Shown here: positions 1-7,293 of the stretch, one piece after another
How positions within the stretch are numbered: the first letter of the stretch is position 1
How the letters are laid out: the number at the start of each line of letters is the position of its first letter
From: Candidatus Poribacteria bacterium
Lineage (GTDB): Bacteria; Poribacteria; WGA-4E; WGA-3G
Reading direction: 5' to 3'
Length of the DNA stretch: 64,000 nucleotides
NCBI GenBank assembly: GCA_958295815.1
Contig: OY282374.1
Location: forward strand, 514,856-578,855
Program-made: the position numbers and the translations under genes
Notes under the pieces: generated by a model
What the model was told of the DNA's origin: nothing
The model's input: only the letters and a program-made list of their open reading frames with translations
Database searches by the model: none

Positions 1-1
1 G

Positions 2-505
2 GGTAGATTGGGCACTTTCTTCGGTTATCAAAGTTACGGTGTTGTGCCGGATGTGATTACGATGGCAAAAGCACTCGGTAGCGGTGTGCCAATCGGCGCG
101 ATGTTAGCAAAACGGAAAATAGCAGAGAGTTTTGTCCCCGGCACCCACGCTGCGACATTCGGTGGAAATCCGTTGGTCACAGCAGCAGCAGCCACAACCG
201 TTAGAACCATCTTAGAAGAGAATCTTGCCGTGAACGCCGTCAAAATGGGGAATTACCTTGCTGGTGGGCTGATGGAACTAAAAGACAAGTATCCCGTCAA
301 AGAGGTGCGTGGGAAAGGCTTGCTTCGGGGCTTAGTCATGGATGTCGATGCCAAACCACTCGCTGCACAGTGTATTGAAAACGGGCTCGTCACGATATGC
401 ACTAACGATTACGTTCTCCGATTCTTACCGCCCCTGAATATCAACGCAGGTCATGTTGAGGAGGCTGTAGGTATCGTTGAAAAATCGATGTCGGAAGTTC
501 TTTAA
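2..505 (+). CDS. argD: Acetylornithine aminotransferase (class III PLP aminotransferase), 5'-truncated by window edge
   Basis: PDVITMAKALGSGVPIGA (PLP lysine), HAATFGGNPL, EVRGKGLL and LRFLPPL motifs; frame is open from position 2. Confidence 0.8.
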   Translation, partial: GRLGTFFGYQSYGVVPDVITMAKALGSGVPIGAMLAKRKIAESFVPGTHAATFGGNPLVTAAAATTVRTILEENLAVNAVKMGNYLAGGLMELKDKYPVKEVRGKGLLRGLVMDVDAKPLAAQCIENGLVTICTNDYVLRFLPPLNINAGHVEEAVGIVEKSMSEVL

Positions 506-1435
506 ATGCGATACATCGCTTCCACAATCTTGACAGGTAGGAGCGATCTCCGAATCGCGACTTCTTCACCCAACCATCGATCGCCGCTAAGTTTAAAAAA
601 CCTAGCTGCACGGGCAGAAATCTGTGTCTTATGTCTTTTCCTTGCAGTTGTTGGATGTGTTGGTACAAAGACGATTGAGTTGTCCCCCGCAACTCGTGCC
701 GAATTAGATACTATCCTCAACACACTGCAGGTGAGATACGATCTGACCGGTTCCTTGAAAATTATTCGGATGATGGTAACGATTGAGGAGGGCGAGCAGA
801 GCGAGGAGCTTCGCGAATTGTTATGGTATAAAAAATCGGAGAACGGTGGGGAATTGCTCCATATCCAAGCGTTAGGACCGATCAATGAACCGCGCGGGAT
901 CGCAATCGCCAATCAGGACAAAAACCAGTTCATGCTTCGTCTTCTGAACGAGCAGAAAGCGTACCTCGGTCCACTGTCCGACGGTGCTTTGCAGGAGATT
1001 TTCGGCATCGATCTACGCGTGTCGGATGTGTTAAGTGCCATTTTCGCGAATCCGTTTCTTGACGGACGCACTGATGAATTCATATCGGTTGAAAGTTCTG
1101 GGGCGAAATTTATCATTGCGCGTCCGGGTATCCAAGAGGGACATGTGGAGACCATTACGCTCTTTATCCGAGAGGAGGAACCGCGGGTTGCCGAGTGGCA
1201 TATCCACGATGAGAACGGAACGCTTCAGCAACGCGCCGCTTTCTCTGACTATCGCGAAGTCGGTGGCATTCTCCGAGCTCACAAGGTCGAAATTGAACGT
1301 CCGCTTGACGAGACACGAGTCGTTGTGAAAATTGCCAAAGTCGAACTGAATGTTGAGATTAAAGATAGTAAGTTCGATGTTGAACCCTTTCTGGGTGAAG
1401 ATATCGAAATTATCCCGTTGTCGGAGTTGGAGTAG
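506..1435 (+). CDS. Lipoprotein, putative LolA/LolB-fold (DUF4292-like)
   Basis: Hydrophobic stretch with lipobox LAVVGC; C-terminal FSDYREVGGI pattern; lies directly upstream of ispE, where lolB sits in Proteobacteria. Confidence 0.55.
   Translation: MRYIASTILTGRSDLRIATSSPNHRSPLSLKNLAARAEICVLCLFLAVVGCVGTKTIELSPATRAELDTILNTLQVRYDLTGSLKIIRMMVTIEEGEQSEELRELLWYKKSENGGELLHIQALGPINEPRGIAIANQDKNQFMLRLLNEQKAYLGPLSDGALQEIFGIDLRVSDVLSAIFANPFLDGRTDEFISVESSGAKFIIARPGIQEGHVETITLFIREEEPRVAEWHIHDENGTLQQRAAFSDYREVGGILRAHKVEIERPLDETRVVVKIAKVELNVEIKDSKFDVEPFLGEDIEIIPLSELE
537..561 (+). repeat. GTAG-type REP-like copy (variant stem GCGAT/ATCGC)
   Basis: GTAGGAGCGATCTCCGAATCGCGAC matches the family GTAGGAGGGATCTCCGAATCCCGA with a compensatory G-C to C-G stem change. 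Confidence 0.8.
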
Positions 1436-1446
1436 TAGCAAGAATT

Positions 1447-2325
1447 GTGCAAGACATACGGGTTCGCGCCCATGCGAAAATCAATCTCTATCTGGATGTC
1501 GTGGGCAAACGCGAGGACGGCTATCATAACCTCGAAACGATCTTCCACTCAATCGGCTTGCATGATGATGTCATCATTCGTAAACAGGAGACGAAGGGGA
1601 TAACGGTTCACTGTGAGCATCCAGCGGTTCCGTGTGATTCCAGCAACTTGGCACACCGTGCGGCACAATGCCTCAGCGATGAAGTCGGTGGCATTGGTGG
1701 CATCACAATTGACATCTGCAAGCGAATTCCGGTCGCAGCCGGTCTCGCCGGAGGAAGTGCCAACGCTGCCGCAGTTCTTCACGGTGTGAATCAACTCTTT
1801 GAACTCGGTTTAACACAGGACCTGTTGATGCACCTTGGGTCACAATTGGGTGCGGATGTTCCGTTTTGTTTGCACGGTGGGGCGGCGTTAGGACTCGGCA
1901 TTGGCGAGCGACTCACGCGCCTTCCCGCGCTTTCTGATATATCCCTCCTCCTTTTGAACCCGGGTATTGAAGTTTCGACGGCATCGGTTTTTAAGAAATT
2001 AAATTTTTCCTTGACAAAGCGCAAGCAAGCGGGTATAATTATAAAGACTTACGTGGAGAAGAGTGATGTTGTTGGCATCGGGGAAAACCTTTACAATTGT
2101 CTTGAGATGCCAGTATTTTCCGAGTATCCCGAAGTCGGTGTGCTGAAAGATGAGTTATCTACGCAGGCTGGGTGTTACGGCGCATTGATGTCGGGGAGTG
2201 GTGCTACGGTTTTCGCTATTGTGTATAATAGGGACGCTGCACACCGGAGCGAGTCACACTTCAAAAGTAGAGTCAGTTTTTGCACATCTACGGTAACCAG
2301 CCCTGTTGGTGTGTATGTATATTGA
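1447..2325 (+). CDS. ispE: 4-diphosphocytidyl-2-C-methyl-D-erythritol kinase
   Basis: AKINLYLDV, GYHNLET, KRIPVAAGLAGGSANAAA, LGADVPFC and MSGSGATVF motifs. Confidence 0.95.
   Translation: MQDIRVRAHAKINLYLDVVGKREDGYHNLETIFHSIGLHDDVIIRKQETKGITVHCEHPAVPCDSSNLAHRAAQCLSDEVGGIGGITIDICKRIPVAAGLAGGSANAAAVLHGVNQLFELGLTQDLLMHLGSQLGADVPFCLHGGAALGLGIGERLTRLPALSDISLLLLNPGIEVSTASVFKKLNFSLTKRKQAGIIIKTYVEKSDVVGIGENLYNCLEMPVFSEYPEVGVLKDELSTQAGCYGALMSGSGATVFAIVYNRDAAHRSESHFKSRVSFCTSTVTSPVGVYVY
2011..2039 (+). promoter_or_regulatory. sigma70 promoter inside ispE, probably driving tRNA-Gln/rplY
   Basis: Perfect TTGACA-N17-TATAAT. Confidence 0.7.
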
Positions 2326-2333
2326 TGAATTGA

Positions 2334-2405
2334 AGGGCGGTGGCCAAGCGGTAAGGCACAGGTCTTTGGAACCTGCATGCGTAGGTTCGAATCCTACCCG
2401 CCCTG
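2334..2405 (+). tRNA. tRNA-Gln (anticodon TTG), CCA not encoded
   Basis: Acceptor stem AGGGCGG/CCGCCCT, D arm TGGCCAAGCGGTAAGGCA, anticodon arm CAGGT-CTTTGGA-ACCTG, T arm GTAGG-TTCGAAT-CCTAC. Confidence 0.95.
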
Positions 2406-2517
2406 TCTCCTTTTTAAACAAGATCTTCTAATCGCGACCTTTTCTTAAAGTAAAACACGGCGCGATTGTTATAGGACTATAGAACGCATCTTACCTAACG
2501 ATGCATGGACAAGAAAA

Positions 2518-3204
2518 ATGCAACAAGCAAAATTAGAAGTTCAATCACGCCACGCTTTCGGCAAGCAGAACACGCGGGCACTCCGGCGTGAAGGTGAAGT
2601 TCCAGCCGTTTTATATGGACGTGCGCAAGACACTGTAGCGATTCAACTTAACGCCCGGATTTTCAAGCAATTCCTACGCACGCACGGTGAAAACGTTATC
2701 ATTAATATGGAAGTTAGTGGTGGGAACGACGAAACTGTCATTATCAAAGAAATCCAGCGCGATCCGGTGGAGAAGCATCAACTCCTTCACGCTGATTTTA
2801 TCAGGATATCGCTCGATGAACCTGTAACCTCAACTGTTCCCCTGATTTTGGTAGGCACCCCTCTCGGTATTGAGGAAGGTGGCGTTCTTGAAGCCCCGCT
2901 CCGTCAACTGACCCTTCACTGTCTGCCTATGCAACTGCCCACGGATATTTCTATTGATGTCAGCGAATTGGATATAGGGGACACGATCCACATATCTGAT
3001 TTAAGCCTCAGTGATGAAATTGAGATCATGGACGAATCCGATCGGATTATTGCGATGGTGAGCCAACCGCGGATCCAACTCGAAGAAGAGGTTGAAGATG
3101 CTGAAGTTGAAGGTGAACTTGAAGGTGAAGAAGCCACTGAAGAGCAGCCCACGGAACCTGAGGTTATTTCCCGTAGGCGGAGCGATGACGAGGCAGAAGA
3201 ATAA
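2518..3204 (+). CDS. rplY: 50S ribosomal protein L25 (Ctc form)
   Basis: LRREGEVPAVLYG, IKEIQRDP, HADF motifs; Ctc C-terminal domain and acidic tail. Confidence 0.95.
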   Translation: MQQAKLEVQSRHAFGKQNTRALRREGEVPAVLYGRAQDTVAIQLNARIFKQFLRTHGENVIINMEVSGGNDETVIIKEIQRDPVEKHQLLHADFIRISLDEPVTSTVPLILVGTPLGIEEGGVLEAPLRQLTLHCLPMQLPTDISIDVSELDIGDTIHISDLSLSDEIEIMDESDRIIAMVSQPRIQLEEEVEDAEVEGELEGEEATEEQPTEPEVISRRRSDDEAEE

Positions 3205-3214
3205 CGTTGTCTAT

Positions 3215-4387
3215 ATGCAAAAGAAGCCACGAGAAGTACGCGTGAACAGCCGTTCTGTAGCTGTTTGCGCGTTTTTTTTAGGTGTTCTTGCCTTGTCTAT
3301 TGCACCCAACGGTATTGCCCAAGAACCGGATGTTCATTTTATTGATGTTGATGGGAAAACAATCGCAAAGGTGCCCGCGCAGCTCAAAGATGAGAACGTT
3401 TACCTCTCCGTTGACGCTATAAAACGCGTTTTCGATCCCGCAATGATGCACCAGTATAACCACCCCCGAAAACGACTCACCCTCAAAACGAAGAACAAGC
3501 AGATTCGCTTGCAGATGGGCAGGCCGACAGTTAGTATTGATCCAGGTGGAAGGGTACTCACGCTTCCGACACCTCCGATAATTATTGCACAGCAGCCAAT
3601 GGTGCCGATTGCTTTCTTCATACAACTCCTGCCAATTCTCAATGATGTTGAGGTGATCTATAATCCGAGTCTAAGAAGAGTCCGGATGAGGCCTAAAGGG
3701 ACTTGGACACCTGTCGAGGAAACTAATTCCCAGAGTTGGGCGATCATCATCGACCCCGGACACGGTGGCACGGAGGATCGCGGATGCGAAGGGAACACTG
3801 GGCTTCTTGAAAAAGATGTCGTCCTTTCGCTTGCAAAACAGATCCAACAAATTAGTAAACAGGAGCGTATGCAGGTTTACCTCACCCGTAAGACAGATAC
3901 GAAAAAAACACACTTTGAGCGTATTCAGGTTGCTAACCGAAACGAAGGGAAACTTTTTCTCAGTTTACACTGCAACGCATCTTTTTCACCGCACGAGAAA
4001 GGTATCAAGATTTACCTCAATAACCCCAAAGGACAACTTCGGTTCCCAAGTACTGTCGGTCAGTCCGCCGCAGGACAGAGATTAAAGATCCTTGCCCAAG
4101 CCAATTTTTTGAAGCAGAGCCGAGACTTGGCAGCTGCCCTACAAACAGAACTAAATTTTCTAACAGAAATTCCAGTTGAGACTACCGAGTTACCGCTTGT
4201 GACGTTATCTGAAATTTATATGCCAGCTGTTGTTTTGGAACTCGGTTATCTTTCTAATGTTGAGGATTTAGAGAAACTCTCTAATCCTGAGTATGTTACG
4301 AGCATTGCACAAGCCGTCACCCGTGCTATCCGGCACTACGTCTCTTCTGTTAATCGGTCTGTTCCGACAACAGTGTCAGAACAGTAG
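3215..4387 (+). CDS. N-acetylmuramoyl-L-alanine amidase (Amidase_3)
   Basis: Signal peptide; IIDPGHGG, LEKD, SLHCNA and VLELGYLSN Zn/catalytic motifs; start moved to ATG 3215 to avoid overlap with rplY. Confidence 0.9.
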   Translation: MQKKPREVRVNSRSVAVCAFFLGVLALSIAPNGIAQEPDVHFIDVDGKTIAKVPAQLKDENVYLSVDAIKRVFDPAMMHQYNHPRKRLTLKTKNKQIRLQMGRPTVSIDPGGRVLTLPTPPIIIAQQPMVPIAFFIQLLPILNDVEVIYNPSLRRVRMRPKGTWTPVEETNSQSWAIIIDPGHGGTEDRGCEGNTGLLEKDVVLSLAKQIQQISKQERMQVYLTRKTDTKKTHFERIQVANRNEGKLFLSLHCNASFSPHEKGIKIYLNNPKGQLRFPSTVGQSAAGQRLKILAQANFLKQSRDLAAALQTELNFLTEIPVETTELPLVTLSEIYMPAVVLELGYLSNVEDLEKLSNPEYVTSIAQAVTRAIRHYVSSVNRSVPTTVSEQ

Positions 4388-4467
4388 TGTAACCCAAGTT
4401 GCTACTAACAAATTTTGGATATGTCAACAAGGTTTTTCATGCACTGTCCACACCCCAGAAGGGTGAT

Positions 4468-5103
4468 ATGTCTATAGAATCTTCCACAACATGTAACGAG
4501 GACAAAATAGTGGAATATAACAACAGTGCTGGCTTTTCGAGGCTCTTAGTGATATGGGGAATGACCCTTGTTGTTGTCGCAGTTGCTCTCGGTGTGACAT
4601 TGTACCTGATTAACCAATCAAAACAAGAGGTTATTCCTACTGCTCCACCGCCGTTACCTGTTGCTGCGAACCCATCAGATACACCACCGCCCCCTCAAGA
4701 AGTCAATTTGTTTCTGCTGGATCCGGCTGCGTTTACACTTGTCCCGGTTAAAATTGAACGGCGACTTCATACGGAACTTACCAAGCGTTTGAGTCAAGTG
4801 GTCAAGGCACTTATCCAAGAAACGCCTCCTAACTTTAGGAATCCCATTCCTCGTGGCACACTCCTCAACGAGGTCTATGTTGACAGCCAACAGACTGCCT
4901 ACTTGGATTTTTCAAGTCATCTTACTGACGGGCATATCGGTGGCACGACTGCTGAGGGTTTAACCGTCATGGCGATACTTAAGACCGTCTTTGATGCCTT
5001 CCCTGATGACATTAAACAGGTTCAGATTCTAATTGATGGTAACCAAGTGAAGACGCTTGCAGGTCATCTTAACCTCTCACAGCCTCTGCATTTTTTTGAT
5101 TGA
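4468..5103 (+). CDS. GerMN domain membrane protein
   Basis: Single TM, Pro-rich linker, IPRGTLL, AYLDFS, VQILIDG and TLAGH GerMN pattern; start uncertain. Confidence 0.85.
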   Translation: MSIESSTTCNEDKIVEYNNSAGFSRLLVIWGMTLVVVAVALGVTLYLINQSKQEVIPTAPPPLPVAANPSDTPPPPQEVNLFLLDPAAFTLVPVKIERRLHTELTKRLSQVVKALIQETPPNFRNPIPRGTLLNEVYVDSQQTAYLDFSSHLTDGHIGGTTAEGLTVMAILKTVFDAFPDDIKQVQILIDGNQVKTLAGHLNLSQPLHFFD

Positions 5104-5178
5104 GGTATGTGTGAGGGAAATATAAGCAATCGCCACAAATTCTTAACCGACCACTAATAACTAACCACCACGAAAAAA

Positions 5179-5769
5179 ATGAAACTTATTGTTGGGCTTG
5201 GAAATCCCGGGCTGCGCTACCAATACACTAAACATAACATCGGTTTTCGCGTAATTGATGCCCTCCACGAAAAAACGCAACACAATCGGCAGATCTCGCG
5301 CCATATACAAACATCGGTCTGCAAATCGCTTGTTATGCAAACAACATGGCACGACACGTCCGTTATCCTCGCGAAACCGATGACATATATGAACAACAGT
5401 GGCGTCGCTGTTGCTGCACTCGTCAATCGGTTTGAGGTGCCGCTCTCGCAACTCTGTGTCGTCTATGATGATGTGCATTTGGACATCGGGGTCCTCCGAA
5501 TACGACAGAAGGGAAGCGATGGCGGACAAAAGGGGATGAAGTCTATCATTCATCGCTTGGGTACAAACGAATTTCCGCGCTTACGTATCGGTATTGGCGA
5601 ACCGGTCGGTAATATGGTGGATTACGTCCTAACAGAATTTTCGGAAGCCGAAGAGATAGAGATTGAACCGACTATTCATCGAGCAGTTGATGCTGTTGAA
5701 GCGTTTGTTACAGATGACATCCTTACAGTCATGAATCGGTTTAACAGACGCGAACCGGTCGGAAAATGA
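5179..5769 (+). CDS. pth: Peptidyl-tRNA hydrolase
   Basis: KLIVGLGNPG, HNIGF, KPMTYMNNSG and RLRIGIG motifs. Confidence 0.95.
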   Translation: MKLIVGLGNPGLRYQYTKHNIGFRVIDALHEKTQHNRQISRHIQTSVCKSLVMQTTWHDTSVILAKPMTYMNNSGVAVAALVNRFEVPLSQLCVVYDDVHLDIGVLRIRQKGSDGGQKGMKSIIHRLGTNEFPRLRIGIGEPVGNMVDYVLTEFSEAEEIEIEPTIHRAVDAVEAFVTDDILTVMNRFNRREPVGK

Positions 5770-5801
5770 GATAGCAGGACATTGGATATTAAATTTTTCA
5801 G

Positions 5802-5830
5802 TTGACGTGATCGCCAAGTTGTCGTATAAT
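5802..5830 (+). promoter_or_regulatory. sigma70 promoter of hen1-pnkp
   Basis: TTGACG-N17-TATAAT, 44 bp upstream of the hen1 ATG. Confidence 0.65.
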
Positions 5831-5874
5831 GCGTTATATTCTCTTTTGACTCCCTGTATTTCTTACCTATCGCT

Positions 5875-7293
5875 ATGTTGCTGACAATATCAACCACGTA
5901 TCCTCCTGCAACCGACCTCGGTTATTTGTTGCATAAACACCCATCACGAATTCAATCCTTTAAGCTCGCCTTTGGTCAAGCACACGTCTATTACCCAGAG
6001 GCACATGCTGAGAGGTGCACGGCAGCACTGCTTCTTGATGTTGATTCGGTTGGACTTACCCGCCGTCCGCACGGACAGTTCTCGGAAAATTTCGCACTGG
6101 CGCAGTACGTCAGTGATCGTCCTTACGTTGCTTCGTCGTTTTTGAGCGTCGCGATCGCGCGGGTGTTTAGCAGTGCGTTGTCGGGCAAGTGCAAAGAACA
6201 TCCAGACCTCGCTGAGACCGCTATTCCTTTACGTGCAAAATTATCCATCTTGCCATGTCGTGGAGGAGAGGAATTGTTGCGACGACTTTTCGAGCCGCTG
6301 GGTTATATAGTAGAGGCAGAACGACATGCGCTGGATGCTCAATTCTCGGATTGGGGAGAGAGCCGTTATTTTACAGTGACGCTCGAAAACACCTGTCGCT
6401 TGAGCGAACTCCTCACACATCTTTACATTCTGATGCCTGTACTTGACGACGAAAAACACTATTGGGTTGACGATGCCGAGATCGAAAAACTGTCAAGGCG
6501 TGGTAATGATTGGCTTGCTGCGCATCCAGAACAAGAATCTATTGTCCGTCGCTATTTGAAACATCAACAAGGTCTTACGCGAAAGGCACTTGCCCAATTG
6601 CGCGAAGAAGATGTTCAACAAACTGACGAGCCGATTCAGCAAGAAGCAGAAGCGCAGGTTGAAGAACGAATGGGTCTCAACGATGTCCGTTTGGCTGCGG
6701 TCACTGAAGTCCTCAAACAATGTGGCGCGAAACGTGTTCTTGATTTGGGGTGTGGTGAAGGGAAACTTCTCCGAAGGTTATTGGCTGAAGACCAGTTTGA
6801 AGAGATCGTTGGAATGGATGTTTCACATCGCGCACTAAAGATCGCGCGGGAACGACTTCGTCACGATAGGTTGCCAGAGAAACAGAAAAAACGACTTCGT
6901 CTGTTCCAAGGGTCGCTCGGATATCGAGATAAACGCTTGGTTGGATACGATGCAGCTGTGGTTGTAGAGGTAATCGAACACTTAGATTTGCCACGACTTT
7001 CGGCTTTTGAGCGGGTGCTTTTTGAATCTGCCTGCCCCCGAACCGTGCTGCTGACAACACCAAACATAGAATACAACGTGAAATTTGAGAACCTACAGGC
7101 TGGACGCTTCCGACATAAAGACCACCGTTTCGAGTGGACGCGGGACGAATTTCAGTCCTGGGCAACCAGTATTTCTAACCGCTTTGGTTATACCGTTATG
7201 TTTCATTCAATCGGACCAGAGCATGAAGACGTCGGATCACCGACACAGATGGCAGTTTTTGTCCGAGAAGGTCGGGAAGGCAAAATAACATGA
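5875..7293 (+). CDS. hen1: 3'-terminal RNA ribose 2'-O-methyltransferase Hen1
   Basis: N-terminal ATDLGYLLHKHP, YVSDRPYVASS, PVLDDEKHYWV; MTase VLDLGCGEG, EVIEHL, TPNIEYN, RHKDHRFEWTRDEF. Confidence 0.95.
   Translation: MLLTISTTYPPATDLGYLLHKHPSRIQSFKLAFGQAHVYYPEAHAERCTAALLLDVDSVGLTRRPHGQFSENFALAQYVSDRPYVASSFLSVAIARVFSSALSGKCKEHPDLAETAIPLRAKLSILPCRGGEELLRRLFEPLGYIVEAERHALDAQFSDWGESRYFTVTLENTCRLSELLTHLYILMPVLDDEKHYWVDDAEIEKLSRRGNDWLAAHPEQESIVRRYLKHQQGLTRKALAQLREEDVQQTDEPIQQEAEAQVEERMGLNDVRLAAVTEVLKQCGAKRVLDLGCGEGKLLRRLLAEDQFEEIVGMDVSHRALKIARERLRHDRLPEKQKKRLRLFQGSLGYRDKRLVGYDAAVVVEVIEHLDLPRLSAFERVLFESACPRTVLLTTPNIEYNVKFENLQAGRFRHKDHRFEWTRDEFQSWATSISNRFGYTVMFHSIGPEHEDVGSPTQMAVFVREGREGKIT

Noticed and set aside
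3092..3214. Extended N-termini from the ORF track (also 19233, 21832, 23862, 37925, 38862, 51552, 57136, 63930)
   Set aside because: They overlap neighbouring genes or promoters; downstream starts have better RBS and homology boundaries.
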